Below are positions 9,674-17,673 of a stretch of 32,000 bases of DNA, one piece after another (position 1 is the first letter of the stretch; every line of letters starts with the position of its first letter). The notes under the pieces were generated by a model that saw only the letters and a program-made list of their open reading frames with translations, had not been told where the DNA came from and did not search any database. A program made the translations under genes and the position numbers. Location: contig JAWOFX010000142.1 of NCBI GenBank assembly GCA_046497275.1, forward strand, positions 4,409 through 36,408. The letters are read 5' to 3'. The DNA is from Promethearchaeia archaeon. GTDB taxonomy: Archaea; Asgardarchaeota; Lokiarchaeia; Sigyniarchaeales; SOKP01.

Positions 9674-10327
9674 TTAAGAAAAATTGAACAAATTGAACAG
9701 CACTTGACCCAATAAATCCCGAAAGGTCTCAGCAACATTTTGTCCAGTGAGAGCAATCACGGGATACACAACGAGCGTTCCATCAGCATATTCTTCCTCT
9801 TTTGGAAGTCCTAATTGCTTCTTAAACTCATCAATATTTATCTTAGTCTGAATATCGCGCTTATTGAGTTGGATTATGTAGGGTATGCGTCGAGGGCTTG
9901 CAAAACTCAGCAACTCTCGGAAACTCCTTTTATTCTGCTCTAAAAGTTCTGGCTGAGAATCAGCAACAAACATGATCCCATCGGCACCTTCTAGTACATA
10001 CTCTCTTGTAGAGAGAAAGCGCTCTTGCCCTGTGCAAGTAACTACATGCACGATGATTATATACTCTTGCGTATTAATGGTAGCTTCAAAGGAAAGAAAC
10101 ATAGAATCCTGCCATAGAGTTCTACCGTCTTTAGTTTCAATAGAATAACCTTTAGTGACTCTGTGACTGTCAAATTTTTCTTTAAGACGAAGGAAGTTGG
10201 TGGTTTTGCCCGATTCCCCAGGGCCCCAATAGACGATCTTTAATTGGATCATATTGCCAAGAATCACCCCCCCTGTATTAGTATGGATACTATCATACTC
10301 CGATTCTTCGATTTCATTTCTGAGCAT
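9674..10327 (-). CDS. MglA-like small GTPase (Ras superfamily); alternative in-frame start at 10252
   Basis: LKIVYWGPGESGKTTN (G1), DGRTLW (switch I Arg), TCTGQERF (TxxG as in MglA), QLNKRD (G4). Confidence 0.9.
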   Translation of the reverse strand: MLRNEIEESEYDSIHTNTGGVILGNMIQLKIVYWGPGESGKTTNFLRLKEKFDSHRVTKGYSIETKDGRTLWQDSMFLSFEATINTQEYIIIVHVVTCTGQERFLSTREYVLEGADGIMFVADSQPELLEQNKRSFRELLSFASPRRIPYIIQLNKRDIQTKINIDEFKKQLGLPKEEEYADGTLVVYPVIALTGQNVAETFRDLLGQVLFNLFNFS

Positions 10328-10345
10328 TGGTATGTATTCACCCCC

Positions 10346-10894
10346 TCAATCTAAAGAAATTATTTTATTACCGAATATTTCACTTTTTAGTATCTTAATG
10401 TGTTCTTTCAGCTCTTTTTCGTTCATCTTTAAAGTACTTTTAATCGAACCTGAGTTTTCGATTTCCTTTTTAATTTTCATTGCGAAGCGTTGCATTTGTA
10501 AGACTGCTACGCCGATATTCACTTCATTATCCGATAGAAGGATGATGAGAACCTCTCGCTTTTCTTGTTGATTAAGCTCTACGTTGGTAATTGACTTAAC
10601 AAACAATCGTAGATTATTATAGATAATAGAAGCACGATCCAAATAATCAGCATCGAAAAAATCTTGTCCTTGTCGCGCAACACCATAAAGCGCCGCACCA
10701 ATGGAAGAGAGGTCCCAATAATTCAGATTTCTATCAAATCGCGAATCGACTGCGATAATTTTAGCATCTTGATCAACCGCGATGAGGCCATATACGTACC
10801 CCTTTCGAGTAAGCGTGCCATAGCTATTTCGAATCTCGTCTAAAATAGTACTAATACTGTTCTTATACAAAACTTTTGGTATGGTAATGGTCAT
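10346..10894 (-). CDS. Roadblock/LC7 (MglB-like) protein; start revised to ATG 10894
   Basis: YGLIAVDQDAKIIA...LSSIGAALYGVA roadblock pattern; adjacent to the MglA-like gene. The track extension to 10990 spans the promoter motif. Confidence 0.8.
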   Translation of the reverse strand: MTITIPKVLYKNSISTILDEIRNSYGTLTRKGYVYGLIAVDQDAKIIAVDSRFDRNLNYWDLSSIGAALYGVARQGQDFFDADYLDRASIIYNNLRLFVKSITNVELNQQEKREVLIILLSDNEVNIGVAVLQMQRFAMKIKKEIENSGSIKSTLKMNEKELKEHIKILKSEIFGNKIISLD

Positions 10895-10945
10895 ATATGT
10901 TATTATTCCATTTTTTAATTGATTAGAAGAAAAATAGAATAAAAC

Positions 10946-10960
10946 TATATAAAGAAAAAA
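10946..10960 (-). promoter_or_regulatory. T-rich BRE/TATA motif (perfect copy)
   Basis: TTTTTTCTTTATATA upstream of the roadblock-GTPase pair. Confidence 0.7.
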
Positions 10961-10986
10961 CATATTCAAGAAACAGTAAATTTTCC

Positions 10987-11922
10987 TCAAAACATTTTTA
11001 AGATTGATTTTTTAGTAAAATGAAGTTCTTTTCTCTTATTATAATCATTCTTTTCGATAAAAATACTCTTTAATTTAATAAGCATTCCATTTTCAATGAT
11101 GCGGAGAATCTCGATTGCCTGCATTCCCCATACCAATACATTGATAGCTCCAGTCTCATCGCTTATCATAAATTTCAATAAAAAGGATTTGTCTCCATCT
11201 TCAGAATCAAATTCTTTCAACTCATCTATCTTTACTATGCCTGAGATTTCTTTTACAAATCCATCCTTCTGATACAGATCTCGTATTTTTAATTCTTCCT
11301 GAGCCTCTCTTGAAGAAAACTCATTTTTTCTGGCATTAGATACCTCAATTTTTTGCAATTCCACTTTTATTTTTTTAGGAATATTATCAGGATTTAATTG
11401 TACCTTTCCTTGTTTTGAGAGATGCACTTCTAACCGATCTTTCAATCCTTTCTTACAATAGCAATTTATAACTCTAATAATTGTTCCGATCTTGAAAAAT
11501 TCAGTCTGCATAATCTTGGTATGATCATCCCAAAGCACGATTTTGGTAGTTCCTGAGGTATCTGATATCAAAAACGAACCAACATTACCTGAAGTACCGT
11601 CTTTTCGCATGAATTCATTTATGGGAAAAATACGTTTAATCTTTCCCAACAGAACAATATTTGAAAGATTTTCACGTAGATCCGATATGAGGATTATAAA
11701 TTCATTATAATCAATTTCTTGATTTGCTTCTTCGTAGAGTTCAGGATCGATTTGAGCTGACCGAATCTCGATCCCATTTTCTTTTGCGATGAGGAAAAGA
11801 GCGCCTTGAGGAGTTATAAATCCCTTAAACTCAAGTTCTTTGCGTTTTAGTTCCTCTTTTATCTCTTGTTCTGATAGTCCTGCTTCGGTCAGTTTTTGGT
11901 ATACATCTTGGGCATCACTCAT
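10987..11922 (-). CDS. RPA/SSB-like protein: N-terminal helical domain plus two OB folds
   Basis: FITPQGALFLIAKENGI N-domain; EFMRKDGTSGNVGSFLISDTSGTTKIVLW and KFMISDETGAINVLVW OB folds. Confidence 0.85.
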   Translation of the reverse strand: MSDAQDVYQKLTEAGLSEQEIKEELKRKELEFKGFITPQGALFLIAKENGIEIRSAQIDPELYEEANQEIDYNEFIILISDLRENLSNIVLLGKIKRIFPINEFMRKDGTSGNVGSFLISDTSGTTKIVLWDDHTKIMQTEFFKIGTIIRVINCYCKKGLKDRLEVHLSKQGKVQLNPDNIPKKIKVELQKIEVSNARKNEFSSREAQEELKIRDLYQKDGFVKEISGIVKIDELKEFDSEDGDKSFLLKFMISDETGAINVLVWGMQAIEILRIIENGMLIKLKSIFIEKNDYNKRKELHFTKKSILKMF

Positions 11923-12523
11923 TTTTTTTTAATACACCTTTTTCAATCATTATATTTTTAGTACGATAAAAGGCATAGGCAGAACAATCCATAAGCACTC
12001 GGATATTTTGCATTAACAAATTTTTTGTAGATAAAGGATCGTTCAAATCAGTGAGATAGATAACTATCGCAAGTTGCGTGGATATTCGTGGCCAAAAACT
12101 CGCAATTTGGAAAAATTGCTGAAGAATTTTCAGGTTAGTTTTTGCTCGGGGATAATCGAATACTGGAGCCAATTTATAGACTTTATGTAAATAGATTCTT
12201 ACTTTGGAATAAATACGATTCTGTTTATATCTCCACTGGATATGCGATCTTTTCCAAAATTTTCTAAAGTAATAAAACTGAGCAAAAAATTTTTCTATTA
12301 TGTCCCTAACCAGAAACTCTTGAATATTGGATTCTTCAGAGATTTGACGATAAGTATCATCAGAAAGCATATCTAGCAGAACCGTCTCATCTCCGTCTTT
12401 AGTAATTGGATGACCTCGAAAAAGCGTCTTTAATACTTTCTGCCTAATCTTTCCGAAATATAAAGAGTATTTTAACTCATGGGCAGTTTTTTCCTTAATG
12501 GTTATACTAAATACATTGGTCAT
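11915..12523 (-). CDS. Hypothetical protein with a possible single degenerate TFIIB/cyclin repeat at the C-terminus
   Basis: WPRISTQLAIVIYLT...LMQNIRVLMDCSAYAFYRTK resembles the TFIIB pattern GRSPxSxAAAxIYxA...TQxEIxxxxxVxxxTIR; stop overlaps the RPA start. Confidence 0.6.
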   Translation of the reverse strand: MTNVFSITIKEKTAHELKYSLYFGKIRQKVLKTLFRGHPITKDGDETVLLDMLSDDTYRQISEESNIQEFLVRDIIEKFFAQFYYFRKFWKRSHIQWRYKQNRIYSKVRIYLHKVYKLAPVFDYPRAKTNLKILQQFFQIASFWPRISTQLAIVIYLTDLNDPLSTKNLLMQNIRVLMDCSAYAFYRTKNIMIEKGVLKKNE

Positions 12524-12582
12524 GACTTGAACGCAAAAACTTTTTCATTCCTATTATTTTTGGATTTTTAACATATTGAGAA

Positions 12583-12597
12583 TATTTAAATAAAAAA
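12583..12597 (-). promoter_or_regulatory. T-rich BRE/TATA motif variant
   Basis: TTTTTTATTTAAATA upstream of 12523. Confidence 0.55.
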
Positions 12598-12659
12598 TAG
12601 AATGAAAATTTTAATGGAATGATTTTGAATGTAGGAGATTCATTTAAGAGAAATTTTTT

Positions 12660-13757
12660 TCAAAATATCATATCCAATGTCTTTTGAACGGTGCTAGGAC
12701 GATTCAAATCATACTGAAAAAATCGTAAGCATTCGTAAAAGTTCTCATTAAGTTTTTTTGAATGCTTTTCTACTCGTTCTGGGTTTAAATGATGATCCTT
12801 GCATAATAACTTAAAAATTCTCATTTTATCAGGTGGATTCCAACATAAATAATCAAATGAATCTAATACTTCAGGTAAAAGGAAAATTTTCCGAACTTCT
12901 GAAATAAGATCTCGGTCTAACTTTGAAAAGTCAAATTCATTGTGCTTTTTCGATTTTATTTTCTCGATAGTTTGATATTTTTTAATTAATTTGAGTGCTG
13001 TTTTAGGCCCGATTCCTTTAATACCTTGGAAATAATCAGTCTCAAGCATAAATGCGAGATCAACTAGTTGAAAGCGATCAATTCCTAACAATTCTAAATT
13101 ATGTTGTATATCTATTACCAATGGAACTAAACGAGTATATGTCCATTTATTTTGCACTTTTCTCCTCAGAGATTTTGATAAGTTTTGAATTAGAAATGGG
13201 CACCCAAACAGCAATGAATCAAAATCCTGCGAATTAGAAAAGTTAGCGATACCTTTTTTGACTAAGTGGGCACATTGCGATTCTGCTGAGGCGGGCGATT
13301 CGACTACGGGAACCCCAATCGCATGAAGAAGCTCTTTCGATTCTTTCATGATATTCGGCCATAAGTATTCTTTTGAAAGAGCGATAGTCCTTGCTAATTC
13401 TCTATTTCCGCTATTTATAGCATTTTTATATCGCTTTTGGGTGAACAAAAAATCATTAAGTTGATTTTTAGTAATTTTTCGCTTTAGTGGAGAAACTCTG
13501 CCATCAAAACAAAAAATTGGAAGGATGTTTTTGCTGTAATAAAATTTGATCCTGTAGAGAATTCCGTATAAATGAGAAATGACTCGTTGCGTACGATCAA
13601 GAATTAAATTAGTTTCTGTATTTAATGTTGGATTTTTATGGCTGAAGTTGAGCAATCCCATGATTATGTTCGGTGCATCAACAGAAATTATTTTTCCCTT
13701 TAATTCTTGGAAAGTAATTTTTCTTCGCTGAATAATAGGATCTAATTTGATTCCCAT
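12660..13757 (-). CDS. fen: Divergent flap endonuclease-1 (FEN1) paralog
   Basis: MGIKL, VDA, FDG, SQDFDSLLFG, TDY-GIKGIGPKTA (H3TH), PIP-like QKTLDMIF; several conserved residues are substituted. Confidence 0.9.
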   Translation of the reverse strand: MGIKLDPIIQRRKITFQELKGKIISVDAPNIIMGLLNFSHKNPTLNTETNLILDRTQRVISHLYGILYRIKFYYSKNILPIFCFDGRVSPLKRKITKNQLNDFLFTQKRYKNAINSGNRELARTIALSKEYLWPNIMKESKELLHAIGVPVVESPASAESQCAHLVKKGIANFSNSQDFDSLLFGCPFLIQNLSKSLRRKVQNKWTYTRLVPLVIDIQHNLELLGIDRFQLVDLAFMLETDYFQGIKGIGPKTALKLIKKYQTIEKIKSKKHNEFDFSKLDRDLISEVRKIFLLPEVLDSFDYLCWNPPDKMRIFKLLCKDHHLNPERVEKHSKKLNENFYECLRFFQYDLNRPSTVQKTLDMIF

Positions 13758-13777
13758 AGATTTTTTATTAAATATAG

Positions 13778-13793
13778 AAATAAAAAGAAAAAA
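13778..13793 (-). promoter_or_regulatory. T-rich BRE/TATA motif variant
   Basis: TTTTTTCTTTTTATTT; C at 13787, 30 nt from ATG 13757. Confidence 0.6.
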
Positions 13794-13968
13794 TAGAAAT
13801 ATAAGAAATATATTTTATTTATAAAATGCCAATTGGCGTTAATTTCAACAATTAAAGCATCTATCTAACTAAATTAGAGTTAATTCATTAAAATCATTAT
13901 TTAAGGGGATTTTTTCATAGATGCTTAAATTCGATATTAATCGTATTAAATTTTATCCAAAAAAAAAA

Positions 13969-13982
13969 TTTTTCTTTAAATA
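13969..13982 (+). promoter_or_regulatory. T-rich BRE/TATA motif
   Basis: TTTTTCTTTAAATA upstream of 14039. Confidence 0.65.
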
Positions 13983-14038
13983 AAGTCAAAATGTTGTATC
14001 TTTATATTAATAAAATATTCTATAATGAGGGAACATTA

Positions 14039-14401
14039 ATGGGAGAAGATATAGTGTTTTATGATGAACCTGGCAGGAGTAAAAAATATGTAAAAATCAT
14101 ATTTATTGGGATCTTAGCATTTATTGCAATCTATTTTCCACTTTTCGGAAATAATCTGCGGTATCAGATCGGAGGGATGCTTGATACACTCTTTAATTTT
14201 ATTGGGATTATCTGCTTGTTCTTAGGGGGAATAAATATTGCCATCGGATTTTTAGGACTAGTTGCAAAAAAATTCTATTTGGGAAATGTGGTCATAGGGG
14301 CACTCTTACTGTGGATAGGATGTTGGCTTACAGGGATTGTGATAAATTTATTCGGAGTAATTTTTGGCGGCTCCGAAGTTTCTAATCCTGGATATCATTA
14401 A
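14039..14401 (+). CDS. Small integral membrane protein (120 aa, about 3 TM helices); start revised to ATG 14039
   Basis: GAGGGA 6 nt before the ATG; Gly-rich hydrophobic helices. The track ATG at 13991 is too close to the promoter motif. Confidence 0.75.
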   Translation: MGEDIVFYDEPGRSKKYVKIIFIGILAFIAIYFPLFGNNLRYQIGGMLDTLFNFIGIICLFLGGINIAIGFLGLVAKKFYLGNVVIGALLLWIGCWLTGIVINLFGVIFGGSEVSNPGYH

Positions 14402-14480
14402 AATTAGTCTTTTTCTTTTTTTCTAATTTAATCTAATTGTAACAAGAGAGAAAAAAATAGTGTATTTATGAATTTTGAAT

Positions 14481-14705
14481 TTAAACACCTATTCGAAAAT
14501 ATCTCATCCCTGTTTGGAGTCCACAAACTGCAATTAAGAGTATAGAAATGCCTAACACAAAGTACATACTACTCCTTTTATAACGTGGAAGGGTCATCAT
14601 TCCGAGTACTCCGATGATAAGCCCTAGCACCCCCATGATCGAGCCGAAAGCGATCAAAAACTCTATTGCTTCTCCAATCATATCAAAATAGTTATTATAA
14701 ATCAT
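14481..14705 (-). CDS. Small two-helix membrane protein, possibly VirB2/TrbC/CedA1-type pilin-like
   Basis: 74 aa, two hydrophobic segments separated by a basic loop (PRYKRS). Confidence 0.65.
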   Translation of the reverse strand: MIYNNYFDMIGEAIEFLIAFGSIMGVLGLIIGVLGMMTLPRYKRSSMYFVLGISILLIAVCGLQTGMRYFRIGV

Positions 14706-14729
14706 AATGTACTAATATTCTGTTAAATC

Positions 14730-14744
14730 TATATAAAAAAAAAA
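14730..14744 (-). promoter_or_regulatory. T-rich BRE/TATA motif variant
   Basis: TTTTTTTTTTATATA ending 25 nt from ATG 14705. Confidence 0.55.
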
Positions 14745-14780
14745 TTAATAGTTTTTATCTTGGAAGTTTTATTATTGCTA

Positions 14781-14795
14781 TTTTTTCTTTAAATA
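14781..14795 (+). promoter_or_regulatory. T-rich BRE/TATA motif (perfect copy)
   Basis: TTTTTTCTTTAAATA upstream of 14841. Confidence 0.7.
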
Positions 14796-14840
14796 GCCAA
14801 ACATATTCACTTCATTAAATATAGTTATTTGAAAAAAAAT

Positions 14841-15179
14841 ATGCGACAAATTGAAGAAATAGGGATCTGTCCTAATTGCGACTGCTCGTTAATGATTTAT
14901 AAGACTTCAAACTATAAGCGGTTTGTTAAGTGCGAAATTTGTGGCCATTCCTACCCTCTTCCCAAACGAGGGCATATTGATAATTCAGCACTTATATGTC
15001 CCTTGCGAGGGTATCCTATTTTAATTGTTCAAAAACGAGACAGTAAAGCATATTTCTGGACAGATAGACCATGTTTTAGCTGCGTCCATATGGGCACATG
15101 CGAGCCTGTCAAGCAATTAGAAGAAGAATTTACTGAATTGGGAGTGTATGGATATGATCAAGCAGGGCAAAACACATAA
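14841..15179 (+). CDS. Stand-alone topoisomerase IA C4 zinc-ribbon-like protein
   Basis: GICPNCDCSL...KRFVKCEICGHSYPLP...ICPLRGYPIL...CFSC resembles the archaeal TopA C-terminal tail; start may be TTG 14829. Confidence 0.75.
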   Translation: MRQIEEIGICPNCDCSLMIYKTSNYKRFVKCEICGHSYPLPKRGHIDNSALICPLRGYPILIVQKRDSKAYFWTDRPCFSCVHMGTCEPVKQLEEEFTELGVYGYDQAGQNT

Positions 15180-16161
15180 ACACAATCTCCCTATTATCAT
15201 TAGCATTTTGTGTATACTAAGTTTATGCTATCTCCTATCACTTCCTCAGCACGATCCCAATTCACCTGTAATAAAAGGATCTGACTTTCTTTCTGATGAT
15301 GATCTTTTAATTGATAAAGTCTATACATTTCATTCTGGCTCCCCAAGTTTAATTATCACTAATCTTACCTTTGAGAGAGAATTCACCTATAATATTAAGA
15401 TGGCAGTGGTGACTGATGAGCACGAGTGCCATATGGAAGTGAATTTATTTGATCCAGAGGGTGATCTCTACGAACTGTTTAGTTCGCAGGAGCCAATGAC
15501 ATATGATGAGTATTTTGACATCCCTTTTGGTGCGGCACTCAGCGGAGTCTATAATCTCAATTTCACGAAATTGGATGGTCCTAATCTGAATATCCATATT
15601 ATCATTCGGAAGGGAGAATTATGTTTTCGGGAATTTGTGTCAGGAGATGCGAATCATGTCTATGAAATACGGAAATTTGCTCGGATTCCTTCCGGTAAAT
15701 CATATCGTCCCTATTATTATTTTAAAGATCAATGGTGCTATCACATCTATCTCTGCAGAGTCTCTCCCATCAGCGCAAATCGGTCAAACCAAATAAATTT
15801 AGACCATAATGTGGTGGATCCTTCCGTAGAGGGAATTTCTTTTCCCATCTATACTAATCATTCATTGGGACAGATTTGGGACCCACGCAACTATGAATTT
15901 GGCACGGCAATGGCGGGTGAATATCTGTTAAATTTTACTTTTTATCAAGATCCCGAGTTTATTAATGTGATGTTTTTGATAACCGATGAAGGACGATTAG
16001 CAGCGGGAGAAGATGCAGGCTCTATCAACGAAACTACTGCTCCAACACCTATTATGTGGGTTCCTCTGGAAGCGCAAGTAGGGATATCTCTAGGAGTAGG
16101 AGCATTAGTATTAGTAGGTCTTATAATTATGATCTATACCAAACGACACTCTAATATTTAA
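15148..16161 (+). CDS. Membrane-anchored surface protein with two tandem beta-sandwich repeats
   Basis: N- and C-terminal TM helices; internal repeat DPEG...FGAALSGVYNLNF / DPSVEG...FGTAMAGEYLLNF; start may be 15154. Confidence 0.75.
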   Translation: MDMIKQGKTHKHNLPIIISILCILSLCYLLSLPQHDPNSPVIKGSDFLSDDDLLIDKVYTFHSGSPSLIITNLTFEREFTYNIKMAVVTDEHECHMEVNLFDPEGDLYELFSSQEPMTYDEYFDIPFGAALSGVYNLNFTKLDGPNLNIHIIIRKGELCFREFVSGDANHVYEIRKFARIPSGKSYRPYYYFKDQWCYHIYLCRVSPISANRSNQINLDHNVVDPSVEGISFPIYTNHSLGQIWDPRNYEFGTAMAGEYLLNFTFYQDPEFINVMFLITDEGRLAAGEDAGSINETTAPTPIMWVPLEAQVGISLGVGALVLVGLIIMIYTKRHSNI

Positions 16162-16240
16162 TTCTTTTTTTCTCTATTTTTTAGATAAAAAGTAATTTTA
16201 ATTATTTTATTAATAGAATTAGATGAAAAAAAATAAAAAA
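16162..16240. terminator. Convergent oligo-T terminator zone
   Basis: T-tract 16162-16182 on + after 16161 and A-tract 16226-16240 (T on -) after radA. Confidence 0.5.
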
Positions 16241-16268
16241 GAGATAGTAAAAAAGGATAATTCAATTT

Positions 16269-17489
16269 TTATAGGTTTTGGGCGTAATTTTGCCACTCTT
16301 CTATCATCGATTTTGAGATTCCACTGACTTTTTCAGCTAAATCCTTGGGATCTTTATCCAGTAAGTCATCAATTGTTTCAATTCCATGTTCTTTTAGAGT
16401 ATTAAGGGTTCCTTTCCCTATTCCTTTGATATCTGTGAGAGAAGGAGTGTTTCCTTGGTTGATCTCGTCATTATTATCATCATCATTATCTTCATATAAT
16501 TCTTCAATTTCAAAGTCTAATCCTTTTCTATTAGGAATTTCCACTTCTTCGGAATCCGCAACACCTGCATGTGTGATAAAGAATTCACACTCTTCTGGGG
16601 GAAGATCGGGTGCATCTACGATCACTGCTCTTCTTTTGAGTGAACTATTTGCAGAGAATCCTTTCGTCTTAAACATAATACGGAAATGACACCCATGTGC
16701 GACGATATTTCCGCCAATCGCATCATCCGCAGAAAACATACCTTTCATCTGTGTGGCTACTTGGTTGGTAAGCAGAACTGCAGCATTATATGTCTCTGCG
16801 ATCCGTGATAATCCATGAATCATATTGTTGAGAACGCATTGTCGTGAAGCAAGCATTCCAATCCCGACATATTCCGCTCGCAAAAGTGCCATTAAACTGT
16901 CAAGGATTATTAAACGCACATTACGAGTTTCACAGAGTGTTTCTGCCTTAAGAATCATCTGATCTTGATGGTCAGAACTATAGATCCTGGCGTGAAATAT
17001 CTTAGCAAGAACTTCTTCAGGATCCAAATTAAATCTAAGTGCGATACGTTTAATTTTACTCCGTGAAAAGGTATTTTCAGTATCAATATAGGCAACAGAG
17101 CTTTCTAATCCTCCTTTCTCCTTCGGAAGCTGGATTGTTACAGCGATTGTATGTGCTAAATTTGTCTTTCCGGATTTAAAGGGACCATATACTTCAGTGA
17201 GCTTTCCTGTCTGCATCCCCCCTCCAAGGATTCGATCTAATTCAGAAGATCCTGTGGTAAACATTTCGATATGTTCGTCGATTTCAGCAGCAGGAATAAA
17301 TTCAGTCATTCCAAGTGTGTTCCTCGCATTCCAGATAAGTTTTTTGGCTGTTTTATCCCCAAGTCCTTTGATATCTGCCACCAATTTTTGTGACGACATG
17401 GCAAGCATTTCGGCAGTAGAAATACCACTTTCTCGTAAAAGCTTAATATGACGAGAATTAATTCCTTTAATCTGGCTTAAATCTGATAT
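16269..17489 (-). CDS. radA: RadA recombinase paralog with N-terminal and extra C-terminal HhH domains; probable ATA start at 17489 (406 aa)
   Basis: GPFKSGKT, YIDTENTF, LIILDS, TNQV, IGGNIVAH. The frame is open upstream of track ATG 17408 and encodes DLSQIKGINSRHIKLLRESGISTAE (RadA N-domain); GGAGGTG lies 9 nt before the ATA. Confidence 0.9.
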   Translation of the reverse strand: MSDLSQIKGINSRHIKLLRESGISTAEMLAMSSQKLVADIKGLGDKTAKKLIWNARNTLGMTEFIPAAEIDEHIEMFTTGSSELDRILGGGMQTGKLTEVYGPFKSGKTNLAHTIAVTIQLPKEKGGLESSVAYIDTENTFSRSKIKRIALRFNLDPEEVLAKIFHARIYSSDHQDQMILKAETLCETRNVRLIILDSLMALLRAEYVGIGMLASRQCVLNNMIHGLSRIAETYNAAVLLTNQVATQMKGMFSADDAIGGNIVAHGCHFRIMFKTKGFSANSSLKRRAVIVDAPDLPPEECEFFITHAGVADSEEVEIPNRKGLDFEIEELYEDNDDDNNDEINQGNTPSLTDIKGIGKGTLNTLKEHGIETIDDLLDKDPKDLAEKVSGISKSMIEEWQNYAQNL

Positions 17490-17498
17490 TGTGTTTTA

Positions 17499-17505
17499 CA
17501 CCTCC
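17499..17505 (-). promoter_or_regulatory. Shine-Dalgarno GGAGGTG
   Basis: Strong SD followed by TAAAACACA then ATA. Confidence 0.7.
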
Positions 17506-17542
17506 TGTGCATAATTATATTATTAAAATTACAAGCTCATCA

Positions 17543-17557
17543 TATATAAAGAAAAAA
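17543..17557 (-). promoter_or_regulatory. T-rich BRE/TATA motif (perfect copy)
   Basis: TTTTTTCTTTATATA upstream of radA. Confidence 0.7.
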
Positions 17558-17673
17558 TAAAATGTCTAATTATTAAACAATCAAACACATTTTAAACGAG
17601 AAATTAAGTGGTAAAACTTAGAAAAATTAAATTTTAAAAGTTATCTTGAAAAAAAGGAGAAAAAAATAATAAA

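Noticed and set aside
9094-9756. Minus-strand ORFs 9094-9321, 9314-9496, 9523-9756
   Set aside because: They overlap promoter motifs, the + strand zinc-finger gene or the GTPase 3-prime end, and their composition looks like shadow frames.
10895-10990. N-terminal extension of the roadblock protein given by the track
   Set aside because: It is translated T-rich intergenic DNA containing the promoter motif.
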